From NCBI RefSeq assembly GCF_963921235.1, contig NC_086108.1, positions 116,190,001 to 116,254,000 on the forward strand: DNA of 64,000 nucleotides, given 5' to 3'. Source of the DNA: Mobula hypostoma. Taxonomy: Eukaryota. Each line of letters starts with the position of its first letter. Within the stretch, counting starts at the first letter, position 1. A program made the position numbers and the translations under genes. Below the pieces are notes generated by a model. It did no database searches, was not told the origin of the DNA, and saw only the letters and a program-made list of their open reading frames with translations. Shown here in pieces: positions 12,119 through 25,538 of this stretch.

Positions 12119-12696
12119 GTGTACCTTGATTCCTCCAGCATGTTGTTCAGTTAGATGCTGTGTTTAATCTCTCTGGAGTAACTGTCTGCACCTCTAGCTG
12201 ACATATCTTTGTACATTCAAGCAAAGTATATTTTGTGTATACCCTTTCTCTTCCGTCGCCATGCTGGTCAATCTGTCCCCGTTCTCAGACATTTATGGTG
12301 GTTGTTTAGCCCACTCAGCCGATGTCTGTCCGAACCTTCCTCATTTCCTGACATGGATTGGAAAGCATGCTTTCACTTTGAACCCCCTCACTCATGAACT
12401 CATATAAAATTCTCTTGTAGAATGAACATTCTTCAGAACAGATAACATGATGTGTAGAACAGTACCACACTGGAATAGGCCCTTCTGCCTACAACGTCTG
12501 CATAAAACATGATGTTAAATTAAACTGAATCCTTGCTGCCTTCACATACTGCATATCCCATCGTTCCCTGCACATTCATTTCTCGGTAAACTCCTCTGTT
12601 TAATCTGCCTCCTCCAGCACTCCCGGGTAGCACATTCCAGGCACCTCCCACTGTCCGTGTAACCTATAGCTTGCCCCAAGCATCTCTCTTATGCTC

Positions 12697-13790
12697 ATGT
12701 GAGAATGCAGTTCTTGGACTGCAGCTCAGCATTCAACACCATAGTTCCATCCAGGCTCGACAAGAAGCTCAGAGACCTCGGCCTTGACCCTGCCTTGTGT
12801 AGCTGGATCCTGGACTGCCTGTCAGATCGCCGACAGGTGGTAGAGTGGGCTCCCTCACCTCCAACCCTCTGATCCTCAACACAGGAGCCCCTCAGGGCTG
12901 AGTACTGAGTCCCCTCCTTTACTCCCTGTATCGCCACCCACAGCTCCAATCTGCTGATTAAATTTGCCGATGACATTACACTACTTGGCCTAATCTCAAA
13001 TAATATTGAGGTAGTCTACAGAGAAGAAGTCATCACCCTCGCACAGCGGTGTCAAGAAAACAACCTCTCCCTCAATGTCGCAAAAACAAAGAAGCTGGTT
13101 GTGGATTACAGGAGGAATGGAGACGGGATAACCCCTATTCACATCAATGGATCTGGGGTTGAAAGGGTAAACAGCTTTAAGTTCCTTGGCATCCACATCA
13201 CCGAGGACCTCACGTGGTCTGTCCACAGCAGCTGTGTGGTGAAAAAGGCACAACAGTGCCTCTTTCATCTCAGACGGTTGAGGAAGTTTGGTATGGGCCC
13301 CCAAATCCTAAGAACTTTCTACAGGGGCACAATTGAGAGCATCCTGACTGGCTGCATCACTGCCTGGTATGGGAACTGTACCTCCCTTAATCGCAGGACT
13401 CTGCAGAGAGTGGTGCAGACAGTCCAGTGCATCTGTAGTTGTGAACTTCCCATGATTCAGGACATTTAAAAAGACAGGTGTGAGAAAAGGGCCTGAAGGA
13501 TCACTGGGGACCCGAGTCACCCCAACTACGGTTTATTACAGCTGCCACCATCTGGGAAACGGTACCGCAGCATAAAAGCCAGGACCAACAGGCTCCGGGA
13601 CAGCTTCTTCCACCAGGCCATCAGACTGATGAACTCACACTGATTTGAGTGTACTCTACATTACATTGACTGTTAATTATTATAAATTACTATGATTGCA
13701 CATTACACATTTAGACAGAGACGTAACGTAAAGATTTTTACTCCTCATGTATGTGAAGGATGTAAGAAATAAAGTCTTTTCAATTCAATA
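12697..13790 (+). mobile_element. Rex1/Babar LINE, 5'-truncated (RT through 3' tail)
   Basis: [72 protein letters not shown]; aataaa followed by (ttcaa)n tail. Confidence 0.9.
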
Positions 13791-15579
13791 CTTAAATCCC
13801 TCTCCCTTTCCCCTCCATACCCCTGTGTTAAGTGCATGTCTCCTAGGGAGTTCCTTCATGAAAGCATGATTAATTAATTAGTTATTCCTCTTCATCTATT
13901 ATTAGCCGTGCCACTCATCCATTAGATCACGTGATCCAATCTTCAGGCCAGTCTACCCTGCGGTATCTTGTCAAGTGCCTTGCTGAAGTCCATATGCACA
14001 CTGCCTACCATCGTGCCCTCCTCAATCCAGTTGGTCACCTCCTCGAAATAAGTCAGTCATGCTCAAAGCCATGTTGACCATGTCCAATCAGTCCTTCTCT
14101 TTCCAAATGCCAGTAGATCTGTCTTTTCCCCTCTGCCATCAGATTTCTGAATGGACAATGAACACATGAACACTACCTCATAATTTTTGGCTTTCTTTTT
14201 ACAATACTTTATTAATTTAATTTTTATATATATTTCTTGTTGAAATTTATAGCTTATTTAAAATTATTATGTATTGCAATGTACTGCCGCTTCAAAACAG
14301 CAAAATTCATGATATTAAACCTGATTCTGATTCTCTCAGAATACCCTCCAGTAACTTTCCCTCCATGGGTGTCTGGCTCTCTGGCGTATCCGTGAAACTC
14401 TGCTTCAGTAAATCAGTGTCTGCTTCTCCCAAGCTTCAGACCGTCTCACAGTTCAGGAGGAGGCCTTTCAGCCCAAAAAGAGTGGTGGGATAGCTGTGTT
14501 AATGAGATGACAAAGAACTATTAATGTGTGACACTGCTTGATGCTGTGGAAGGAATCAGGGTTTCAAACACAAGAGTCAGCAGGCAGCCAATGGAACGCT
14601 GGTCTTTATTCCAGGGAGATTAATTATAATATAGGTAAAAGTGCGCCTGGGGTGCTGGGCACAGGTCCGATCTCCATCGCGGAGGGATTATACACCTGTA
14701 CTTCCATCAGTATGGAGAGGTCTCACTATGTTCTGGGGTGAAGGTGCTGTCCATGAGGAGAGTTTGAGTTGGTTGGGCCTCTCTGTCTCCACAACTTCAT
14801 TCTCCAACCTGTTTCACTCAATGTAAAGCATCCCACACACTCTCTGCTCATTTTCCTTTACAAGTCCCAACCCTTTCTCCTCTCCCCTACAGTCTGGGCC
14901 GATTCTACACCGGAGTCTAAAATCCATAGACTGCTACAGTACAGAAACAGACCATTCAGCCCATCTGGTCCATACTATACTATTATTTTGCCTGGACCCA
15001 TCGACCTGCACCTGGACCATACCCCTCCAATCCAGGTACTCAACCAAACCTCTGAAGCACTACTCTTCATTTCCTTCAATACCCAAACGGGTTCAACATC
15101 TGAGTCAAGAGGATCTCTCACCGCTGTAGTGACCTCATCTCATAAACAGTGCTACCCCATCCCTAGTTGCCAATTGTCTCATCTTCCTGGATGTTGTTGC
15201 TCCTCTGGTCCCAGTGTAACTGTGTTTCCATAACAGTCTTCAGAACAACCACATTCATGGAGAATAGCACAGTACAGGCCCTTCAGCCCATGATATTGTG
15301 CTGACCTTTTAATCCACTCCAAGATCAATCTAACTCTTCCCTCACACACAGCCCTCTATTCTTCTATTCCCCTCTGCTTGTTACTTATGAGCTATGTGTC
15401 ATGCATTAAGTTACAAAGCCTCCAGGCTTGCTCTTTTCACTTTTTAATCATCTTAGTATTTTTCTACTGTGGGCCTGTTTGCTTTTCGCCCTTGATCCTG
15501 CTGCCTCCTGCATTCTGCAGTTAGCTTTCCTTCTCCTTGGTTAACTCTCTCTGCTCACCCTGCTTGGATGAGTAGTCTC

Positions 15580-16145
15580 AGAATAGAAGGACAATCCTTT
15601 AGAACGGAGATGAAAAGGGATTTCTGCAGCCACAGGGTGGTGGATCTGTGAACTTCATCGTTACAGACAACTGTAGGAGCCCAAGTCTTTGAGTATTTTT
15701 AAAATGGAGGTTGATAGGTTCTTGATTAGTCAGGCCATCAAAGGTTACGGGGAGGAGGCAGGAGAATGGGGTTGAGGTGAGTATTAAATCATATAACCAT
15801 ATAACAATGACAGCACAGAAACAGGCCATCTCGGCCCTTCTAGTCCATGCTGAACTCTTACTCTCACCTAGTCCCACCGACCTGCACTCAGCCCATAATC
15901 CTCCATTCCTTTCCTGCCCGTATATCTGTCCAATTTAACTTTAAACGACAACATCGAACCTGCCTCAACCACTTCTGCTGGAAGCTCGTTCCACACAGCT
16001 ACCACTCTCTGAGTAAAGAAGTTCCCCCTCATGTTGCCCCTAAACTTTTGCCCTTTAACTCTCAACTCATATCCTCTTGATGGAATGGTGGAGCAAACAA
16101 TAGGCTGAATAGCCGAAAGTCTGTTCCCATGTCTTGTGGTCATAT
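15580..16145. mobile_element. CR1 3' fragment (+) interrupted by another CR1 3' fragment (-, ~15790-16078)
   Basis: Minus strand reads FRGNMRGNFFTQRVVAVWNELP with an (atggttat)-type tail; the host CR1 3' UTR resumes at 16079. Confidence 0.75.
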
Positions 16146-17087
16146 GGTCTGTGTTGCAGGGCAGTGGTGAGATCTCCCCTGGAGGGACGTGTTTAGATTT
16201 GATTGTATAGAGCTGCATTCGAGATAATACAGTACAGAGAAGGGTCGTTACTGTAATGAAGGCTTTTGCATGTTCAGCAGGTGTCTGTGCATCATCACTC
16301 ATTGCCATATCAAAGACAGCCTGGTTTGCTATCCAGCCATGCCTCTGGAACAGTGTGTTTGTACACTGGGTAGTGCTGGTTGAATCACAATCAATTGGGC
16401 TGCTTGTGCTGTTCATGTGACTTCATGGGTGCTCTGAGTTCCTTCCACATCCCAGAGGTATGCAGGTCTGAGAATTAATACCTGTTGTAGTTTGTTCCCG
16501 GTGTGTAAGTGAGGAATGAAATCCAGGGAGAGTTGATGGGAATAGTGAGAGAAAGGTTAGTTTAGTGTGGGATAGGATCGCCTTTAGAAATGGCTAGATT
16601 TCTTCACTGGTATCAGTTATGTAACATGGATATCTCCCCAGTCTCCAAAATGGTCCACCTTGTTACAAAAGGGACAGCCAGCCTTCCTCTGTACCTTGCA
16701 CTCCCCTCCTAACTGTCTCTGTCTGCAGTGAGACCACCTCACCAATCTCAATATCCAGGTCCATTGTGGCCGCTCCACGGTGAGCCTCCAGCTCCAGCTA
16801 CATCTCTGTCATGCAGTTTGCCAGTGGCTACAAGTGCCTACATATATGGTTGTTGAGGCAAGGAAAGGTCGTGACACACTGGAGACGATCCAGCAGCCTT
16901 AGAACATTTCAGTTATGGTGAGAGTTTGACTAGACTGTGACCCACTGGAGACAGTGTGGAGATTCACCAGGACATTGCTTGGGTTGGAAGATTTCAGATG
17001 TGGATAGAGTTTGACTGAACAGTTTTTGTTTTTCCTGGACTAAGGGAGATTCAAGAGGACCTGGTGGAGGTTATTTATTGCAATACA

Positions 17088-18172
17088 AGCCCTTCTCCTC
17101 ATGGACCATGACCTTGTTGTGGTGAGGGGGGTTGTGTATCTCAGTGAGGCTATGAGCTCCAGCATATAGAGCTACTCAAGATGGACAGGTCATGGTAGAG
17201 AGGTCAGACTAAGTATGGTCCATTGGAGAAGGAAATGGCAACACACTCCAGTAATTTGCCAAGAAAACCTTATGGATAAAAGCAACCAGAGATATATAGG
17301 AATGACACTGGAAGGTGAGTCCGGCAGGTCTGAAGGTGCCCAACACGCTGATGTGGAAGAACGGAGGACAAGTATGAGTAGTACTAGAGCTAATGACCTG
17401 GTTGGATTAAAGCCAAAAGGATTACCAACTGCTGATGTGTCTGGAAATGAAAAGCAGGTCGGAAGTTGTAAAGATCGATACAACATTGGAACCTGGAATG
17501 TAAGATCCATGTATCATGGTAAACTGGATGTGGTCAAAAATGAGATGGCAAGACTAAACATTGACATATTGGGAATTAACAAACTAAAGTGGATTGAAAT
17601 GAGTAATTTTACATCAGACAATTACCAGATCTTCTACCGTGGACAGGAAACCTGCAGAAAGAATGGAGTGGCTTTAATTGTCAAAAAAAGAGTATCAAAA
17701 TCAGTGCTTGGATACAACCCCAAAAATGATAGAATGGTCGCAATACGACTTCAAGGCAAGCCTTTCAACATCACAGTGATACAAGTTTATGTCCCAACCA
17801 CACAAGCTAAAAAGGATGAAATTATCCAGTTTTTTGAAGAACTGCAGCACGTCCTGGATATGACACCAAAAAGGGTGTTACATTTATCATTGGAGAGTTG
17901 AATGCCAAAGTTGGAAATCACAGAACACCTGGAGTAACAGGCAACTTTGGGCTTGGAGTACGGAATGAAGCAGGACAATTCAACTGGAATCCTGTCGCAT
18001 CATTATTGGCAATGTTTTCTATCACGCATTCGACTTCACTTTCCAGAATGTCCGGCTCTAGATCGATGAGGGAGTCATTGCAGGTGTCTTCGCTGTTGGG
18101 ATCTTTCCTGTACAATTTTTCTGTGTATTCCTGTCATCTCTTTTTGATATTTTCTGCTTCTGTGAGGTCCTT
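17088..18172 (+). mobile_element. BovB-like RTE LINE: 5' region + APE endonuclease (+), joined to an inverted internal fragment (~17980-18172, -)
   Basis: Bov-A-like ggagaaggaaatggcaacacactccagta; GTWNVRSM.HGKLDVVKNEMARLNIDILGI...KNDRM..RLQGKPFNITVIQVY; minus strand reads DLTEAENIKKR.QEYTEKLY...DLEPDILESEV. Confidence 0.88.
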
Positions 18173-18174
18173 CT

Positions 18175-18375
18175 CTAGCCTAATCATGGGACAATTTATA
18201 ATGACCAGTTGACCTACCAAATAATAAGTCATTGAACTGTGGGAGGAACTCAGAGGAAACCCATGCATACACGGAAGGAATGTTGAAACTTGCTAACAGA
18301 GGTCACTGGGATTGAACTCTGAACTCTGACAACCCGAGCTGTAATAGTGTTGTGCTAACTGTCGCTAACATGCTG
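18175..18375 (-). mobile_element. V-SINE (HE1-like), degenerate
   Basis: Plus strand tgtgggaggaactcagaggaaacccatgca...gggattgaactc is the reverse complement of the V-domain and B box. Confidence 0.6.
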
Positions 18376-18639
18376 TACAAGAGCATGAGGAGTATGGATT
18401 AGGCAGAGAGAGAAGTTACCACAATCAGTGGACATAGTTTAGGGTGAGGGGTAAGGAGGTTCAGAGGGGATCTGAGGAGAATTTTTTTTGCCTAGAGGGA
18501 TTTGGAATCTGGAACTCACTGCCTCAGGGGTGGTGGAGGCAGAGAGACGCGTAACATTGGTCAATTATCTGGGCAAGCACTTGAATCAGCAAGGTAGAGA
18601 ATGATACGGACCAAGTATTGAGCAGTGGGGTTGGTGTAA

Positions 18640-20168
18640 GAACATAAGAAATAGGAGCAGGAGTAGGACATCTGGCCCATCGAGCCTGCCCCGCCATTCA
18701 ATAAGATCATGGCTGATCTGTCCATAAACTCAGCTCCACCTTTTTCTCATAACCCTTAATTCCCTTACTAAAAACCTATCTAACTGTTTCTTAAATATAT
18801 TTAGTGAGAAAGCCTCGACTACTTCCCTGGGCGGAGAATTCCACAGATTCACCACTCTCTGGGAAAAACAGTTTCTCCTCATCTCCATCCTAAATCTTCT
18901 CCCCTGAATCTTAACATAGAAAACATAGAAAACATAGAAAATAGGTGCAGGAGTAGGCCATTCAGCCCTTCGAGCCTGCACCACCATTTATTATGATCAT
19001 GGCTGATCATCCAACTCAGAACCCTGCACCAGCCTTCCCTCCATACCCCCTGATCCCCGTAGCCACAAGGGCCATATCTAACTCCCTCTTAAATATAGCC
19101 AATGAACTGGCCTCAACTGTTTCCTGTGGCAGAGAATTCCACAGATTCACCACTCTCTGTGTGAAGAAGTTTTTCCTAATCTCGGTCCTAAAAGGCTTCC
19201 CCTTTATCCACAAACTGTGACATCTCGTTCTGGACTTCCCCAACATCGGGAACAATCTTCCTGCATCTAGCCTGTCCAATCCCTTTAGGATTTTATACCT
19301 TTCAATCAGATCCCCCCCTCAATCTTTTAAATTCCAACGAGTACAAGCCCAGTTCATCCAGTCTTTCTTCATATGAAAGTCCTGCCATCCCAGGAATCAA
19401 TCTGGTGAACCTTCTTTGTACTCCCTCTATGGCAAGGATGTCTTTCCTCAGATTAGGGGACCAAAACTGCACACAATACTCCAGGTGTGGTTTCACCAAG
19501 GCCTTGTACAACTGCAGTAGTACCTCCCTGCTCCTGTACTCGAATCCTCTTGCTATAAATGCCAACATACCATTCGCCTTTTTCACCGCCTGCTATACCT
19601 GCAATGACTGGTGTATAATGACACCCAGGTCTCGTTGCACCTCCCCTTTTCCTAATCAGCCACCATTCAGATAATAATCTGTTTTCCTATTTTTGCCACC
19701 AAAGTGGATAACTTCACATTTATCCACATTAAATTGCATCTGCCATGAATTTGCCCACTCACCCAACCTATCCAAGTCACCCTGCATCCTCTTAGCATCC
19801 TCCTCACAGCTAAGACTGTCGCCCAGCTTTGTGTCATCCGCAAACTTGGAGATGCTGCATTTAATTCCCTCATCCAAGTCATTAATATATATTGTAAATA
19901 ACTGGGGACCCAGCACTGAGCCTTGTGGTACCCCAGTAGTCACCGCCTGCCATTCTGAAAAGGTCCCGTTTATTCCCACTCTTTGCTTCCTGTCTGCCAA
20001 CCAATTCTCCATCCACATCAATACCTTACCCCCAATACCATGTGCTTTAAGTTTGCACACTAATCTCCTGTGTGGGACCTTGTCAAAAGCCTTTTGAGGC
20101 AATGTCCCCTAGTTCTAGTCTCACCCACCAATGGCAGCAACTTTCCTACTTCTACCTTATCTATCCCT
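18640..20168 (-). mobile_element. CR1 3' fragment with nested younger CR1 (18913-20097)
   Basis: Inner element reads QKAFDKVPH, GVPQGSVLGP, KFADDTKLG, PHLEYCVQFWSP with an (aaacatag)n tail at 18913; the outer element resumes at 20098. Confidence 0.88.
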
Positions 20169-20202
20169 GTGGGTGAGTACCAAAGGGTCAGTATGGAGAT
20201 AG

Positions 20203-21548
20203 ACCATAAGACATCGGAGCAGAATTAGACCAACTGGCCCATCAGGTCTGCTCCGCCATTCAATCATGGCTGATCATTTTTTTTTCTATCTCCTCTTCAA
20301 CCTCAGTTCCTGGCCTTCTCCCAGTAACTTTTGATGCCATGTCCAATCAAGAACCTATCAATCTCTGCCTTAAATACACCCAATGACCTGGCCCCCACAG
20401 CTGCATGTGGCAACAAATTCCACAAAATCACCACCTTTGGCTAAAGAGATTTTTCCACATCTCTGTTTTAAAAGGGGCGCCCCTCTATCCTGAGGCTGTG
20501 CCCTCTTGTCCTAGACTCTCCCACCATGGAAAACATCCTTTCCACATCTACTCTGTCTTGGCCTTTCAACATTCAAGAGGTTTCAATGAGACCCCCCCCC
20601 ACCCCATTCTTCTGAATTTCAGTGTGTACAGACCCAGAGCCATCAAACATTCCTCATATGATAATCCTTTCATTCCTGGAATCATCCTTGTGAACCTACT
20701 CTGGACCCTCTCCAATGCCAGCACATCTTTTCTAAGATGAAGGGCCCAAAACTGTTCACAATATTCAAGGTGAGGCCTCACTAGTGCCTTATAAATCCTC
20801 AGCATCACACCCTTGCTCTTGTATTCTAGACCTCTTGAAATACATTTGCCTTCCTCACCACCAACTCAACCTGCAAGTTAACCTTTAGGATGTTCTGCAC
20901 AAGTACTCCCAGGTCCCTCTGCATCTCAGATTCCTGGATTTTCTCCCCATTTAGAAAATAGTTCACACATTTATCTCTACTACTGAAGTGCATGACCATG
21001 CATTTTCTAGCATTGTGTTTCATTTGCCACTTTTTGCCCATTCTCCTAATCTGTCTGCCCTTTTGCATCCTACCTGTTTCCTCAACACTACCTGCCCCTC
21101 CACCAATCTTCATATCATCTGCAAACTTGGCAACAAAGCCATCTATTCCATTATCTAAGTCATTTATATACAGCATAAAAAGAAGTGGTCCCAACACCGA
21201 CCCCTGTGGAACACCACTAGTCACTGGCAGCCAACCAGAATAGGATCCTCTTATTCCTACTCACTGCCTCCTACCAATCAGCCAATGCTCTAACCATGTT
21301 AGTAACTTTCCTGTAATACCATGGGCTCTTAACTTGGTAAGCAGCCTCATGTGTGGCACCTTGTGAAAAGCCTTCTGAAAGTCCAAATATACAACATCCC
21401 CTGCATCCCCTTTATCTATCCTACTTGTAATCTCCTCAAAGAATCCCAACAGGTTCGTCAGGCAAGATTTTCCCTGAAGGAAACCATGCTGACTTTGTCC
21501 TATCTTGTCCTGTGTCACCAAGTGCTCCATCACCTCATCTTCAACAAT
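20203..21548 (-). mobile_element. CR1 LINE, 5'-truncated RT
   Basis: QHGFLQGKSCLTNLL, YLDFQKAF, GVPQGSVLGP, KFADD, PHLEYC. Confidence 0.9.
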
Positions 21549-22384
21549 GGACCCGAACAGCCCAGCTGGAGGGCTGAAGGACCTGCCTTTGTGCTGTGTG
21601 GTTGGATAATTGACTCCACACATTACAGCGGCCCACAGTGAGCTCTGAGCTCTGCTGCCCTGAATTACCTGAAATCAATCTTACTTAGTCCCTTTAATTA
21701 AAGAATACCAATTATACTGGGCTCTAAAGACAATTTGCTGTTATGTAAAATTTGTCTGCTTACAGTAATGAACTGCAGAAGTGATAAAAGTATTAGAAAT
21801 AGCCCCCTGATTGTGTTAACCAAGCAGACAGGCTCACCCATGACGTGCTTCTGCTGGGATCAGTCAAAGTCCACCTTCTGCCTCAGCAGGGTTCATCGTG
21901 GTGACCCTTCAACGCTGACCGTCCGCTCATTGCCCTTGCTTACCACACTCTGCCGCTCAAAACCTGCTGCTACGACAAGGCTCTTTCCTAGAGTTGCTGA
22001 CTGCAGAGAATAGTTCAGACCTATTTGAACCACAGCTGTTTTATTTAAATCAAACATTCAGGAAGATTAAACCTTCAGAGAGAGATGTTCCCTTCAAGCT
22101 TAAGGATTGAAATCCACCCCAGAATCGGAATCAGGTTTACTATCACTGACGTATGGGATCCGTGAATGAAGACCCTTCGGCCCACCAAGTCTATGCTGAC
22201 CAGCAAGCACCCATAAACGCTTATCTCATTTTATTACCCCAGATCACCTGCAGGAAAATTTGCAAGATTTGATTTCTACTTGATAAGATTGAGTTTTCAA
22301 ATGGGTTATCATTTCTTCCATATTGATTGATTCATTTTCCAGTTTATTATTGTTCTGAGCTAACCGACACAGCGTATCAATGTC

Positions 22385-22790
22385 ATGAAGCTGTTTATCC
22401 CCTTCTCTCACTTCCAATTCCACATTCTGAGTCCCTCTCACCTCTTCCCTTCTTCTATCTGCTTATCATCTCCCCCTGGTGCCCTTACTCCTTTCCTTTC
22501 TCCCATGGTCCACTCTCTCCTAACAGATTCCTTCCTCTCCAGCCCTTTACCTTTCCCACCTGTCACCTCCCAGCTTCTCACTTCAACCGCCCACCCACCC
22601 TCCCTGTCACCTGGTCTCACTTATCACCTGACAGCTTGTCCCCCTTCCCCTCCACCACCTTTTTATTCTGGCATCTTCCCCCTTCCTTTCCAGTCTTGAT
22701 GAAGGGTCTTGGCCTGAAACCTCAACTGTTCATTCATTTCCATGGATGATGCCTGACCTGCCGAGTTCCTCCAGCATTTTGTGTGTGCTC
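22385..22790 (+). mobile_element. Old Penelope 3' UTR/terminal remnant with decayed hammerhead motif
   Basis: Pyrimidine-rich UTR, then cagtcttgatgaagggtcttggcctgaaacctcaactg and gcctgacctgccgagttcctccagca. Confidence 0.7.
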
Positions 22791-23039
22791 TTCATGAGGA
22801 TGAATTTTCTTCAGCAGCAGCACAGGACTTTGCAAGGACAAATAATTTAACACAAACTTCAATAATCAAAAATTAAACATAACGTGCAAATTAACCAACA
22901 ATGTAGACATAATGGCAGTAGGTAAGATTGAAAGCACAGACAATTCTAATTTTTTCTCAAATAGAATTCTTGGCTAATAACCCAGTTTTACCCACATTGA
23001 TATTTTCCAATCTCGGACACTTCTCCAGAATCAGGGAAT

Positions 23040-23290
23040 TTTATTTATTTAGAGATACAGCACTGCAACAGGCCATTCGACCCAACAAGCCCATGCCACA
23101 GAATTACACCCTTGTGGCCAATTCACCTACTACCCTGTATGTCTTTGCATAAGGGAGGAAACCAGAGCACCCGGAGGAAATCCACTCATTCACTGGGAGA
23201 ACGTACAAACTCCTTACAGAGAATGGCAGGAATAGAAGCTTCATTGTTGGCGCTATGCTACTGTGAAGATCACTACTAATGCTCCCATCT
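23040..23290 (-). mobile_element. V-SINE (HE1-like)
   Basis: Plus strand gggaggaaaccagagcacccggaggaaatccac...ggagaacgtacaaactccttacaga; (ttta)n tail at 23040. Confidence 0.75.
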
Positions 23291-23379
23291 TCTGTAGCCA
23301 CCTTTTAGGGATCTTGGGCTGGGTGCTCCTCAGACCTGGAGTCTTATCAGCCCTCAACCCCTGTCTGAGCTAATGCAGT

Positions 23380-24040
23380 CTCTTCGCTTACCACTGCCAG
23401 TCACACCGCTGGTGTTTAGGGCAGCAATTAGTAGTAGTCATAGTCATACTTTATTAATCCCGGGGTAAATTGGTTTTCATTACAGTTGCTCCATAAATAA
23501 TAGATAGTAATAGAACCATAAATAGTTAAATAGTAAAATGTAAATTATGCCAGTAAATTATGAAATAAGTCCAGGACCAGCCTATCGGCTCAGGATGTCT
23601 GACCCTCCAAGGGAGGAGTTGTAAAGTTTGATGGCCACAGGTAGGAATGACTTCCTATGATGCTCTGTGCTGCATCTCGGTGGAATGAGTCTCTGGCTGA
23701 GTGTACTCCTGTGTCCACCCAGTACATTATGTAGTGGATGGGAGACATTGTCCAAGGTGGCATGCAACTTAGACAGCATCCTCTTTTCAGACACCACCAA
23801 TGAATGTCCTTCATCCCTGTCTGTGCAGAAGGATTCTTCATTGCTGTTTCTGTAACAATTGTTGTTTGGCCATTCAGGGATGTTAGCCCTGTGCTGAAGC
23901 CCCGGACCCGGAGGACCAGTGGACCACTCTTAGTCTGGCTTCTATCCTTTGTCTTGTTCAGCATGGGTGACCCTACCAGCAGCCAAAGCACAAGGCCCTG
24001 ACTCCAGCCAACATAGCTCTCTGGGTCATGAGGCATGAAA
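23380..24040 (-). mobile_element. Non-autonomous RTE-derived element split by a Rex1/Babar 3' fragment
   Basis: Minus strand has an RTE 5' motif (gagctatg...ggtagggtcacccatg...cagactaagagtggtccactgg) and an RTE-type 3' end (ttgctgccctaaacaccagcgg...taag). Confidence 0.6.
23430..23797 (-). mobile_element. Rex1/Babar LINE 3' fragment (same family as 2635-3002)
   Basis: EKRMLSKLHATLDNVSHPLH...KSFLPVAIKLYN; (ctatga)n tail. Confidence 0.82.
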
Positions 24041-24935
24041 GTTCAATGTGAAATGTGCGGAGGATGTTATGAGAATGCAGGGTGACTTGAACAGGCTGGG
24101 TGAGTGGGCAGATGCAGTTTAATGTGGATAAATGTAAGGTTATCCACTTTGGTGGTAAGAATGGGAAGGCAGATTATTATCTAAATGGAGTCAAGTTAGG
24201 AAAAGGGGAAGCACAACGAGATCTAGGTGTTCTTGTACATCAGTCACTGAAAGCAAGCATGCAAGTACAGCAGGCAGTGAAGAAAGCTAAAGGCATGCTG
24301 ACCTTCATAACAAGGGGAATTAAGTATAAGAGCAAAGAGGTCCTTCTGCAGCTGTACAGCGCCCTGGTGAGACCACACCTGGAGTATTGTGTGCAGTTTT
24401 GGTCTCCAAATTTGAGGAAGGACATTCTTGCTATTGAGGGAGTGCAGCGCGGGTTCACAAGGTTAATTCCCGGGATGGCGGGTCTGTCATATGCCGAAAG
24501 ATTGGAGCGACTGGGCTTGTATACTCTGGAATTTAGAAGGCTGAGAGGGGATCTTATTGAAACATATAAGATTATTAAGGGATTGGACACGCTGGAGACA
24601 GGAAGCATGTTCCCGTTGATGGGTGAGTCCAGAACCAGGGGCCACAGTTTAAGAATAAGGGATAGGCCATTTAGAACGGAGTTGAGGAAAAACTTTTTCA
24701 CCCAGAGAGTGGTGGATATATGGAATGCTCTGTCCCAGAAGCCTGTGGAGGCCAGGTCTCTGGATGCTTTCAAGAAAGAGATGGATAGAGCTCTTAAAGA
24801 TAGTGGAATCAAAGGTTATGGGGTTAAGGCAGGAACTGGATACTGATTGTGGATGATCAGCCATGATCACAGTGAATGGCGGTGCTGGCTCGAAGGGCTG
24901 AATGGCCTATTCCTGCACCTATTGTCTATTGTCTA
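24040..24935 (+). mobile_element. CR1 LINE 3' portion
   Basis: ORF 24100-24846: QFNVDKCKVIHFG...PHLEYCVQFWSP...FFTQRVVDIWNAL; (tattgtc)n tail. Confidence 0.92.
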
Positions 24936-25232
24936 TAATATAAAACCCATCACAAGGCTGTGGTCCTCTTGGAGGAGTTCTCTTTTCTCTTTCTCTTTAC
25001 ATCTGGTATTACTGTATTTAATGCCTACCCAGCATTTTTTCAGTTTTAATTGTGGAAATACTCCAGTCAAGGCCAATGTTAAATATCAGTCATCACTATA
25101 TAGCCAACTCTGCCATCTCCTTGTTTACCAGAACTATTTTTTCCAAGTCTCAGTCTGGACGATGCCATGGTTGTCTCTGTTCACAGAAAGAATCTTGTTT
25201 GTCTCATGCCCCTCACTAGTTTGATTGAAAAT

Positions 25233-25337
25233 TGTAGGGACTCCTTAATTTCATTAGGCAGAATTCGCCCGGACTGTTAAGGGAATAAAGTGTACGTTAG
25301 AAGTATTTACGTGTCGATTTCTGTCCACACCGCCACA
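25233..25337 (+). repeat. Gypsy 5' LTR (105 bp)
   Basis: tgtagggactcc...taagggaataaagtgtacgttagaa...cgccaca, followed by the PBS. Confidence 0.88.
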
Positions 25338-25538
25338 CTGGTGACCCCGATGCTTCTCTGGATGATACTGCTTGTTTTACATTCACGACTGCAAACGCCA
25401 TTGCTCTCAAGCTCCCTGAATTCTGGCAGGAACATGCCACTGTTTGGCTCGCTTAGGCAGAGGCCCAGTTCGCATCGGGAAACCTGGCAAGATGGCACGA
25501 AATATCATTATGTCCTCATAGCATTGGACAGCTCTGCG

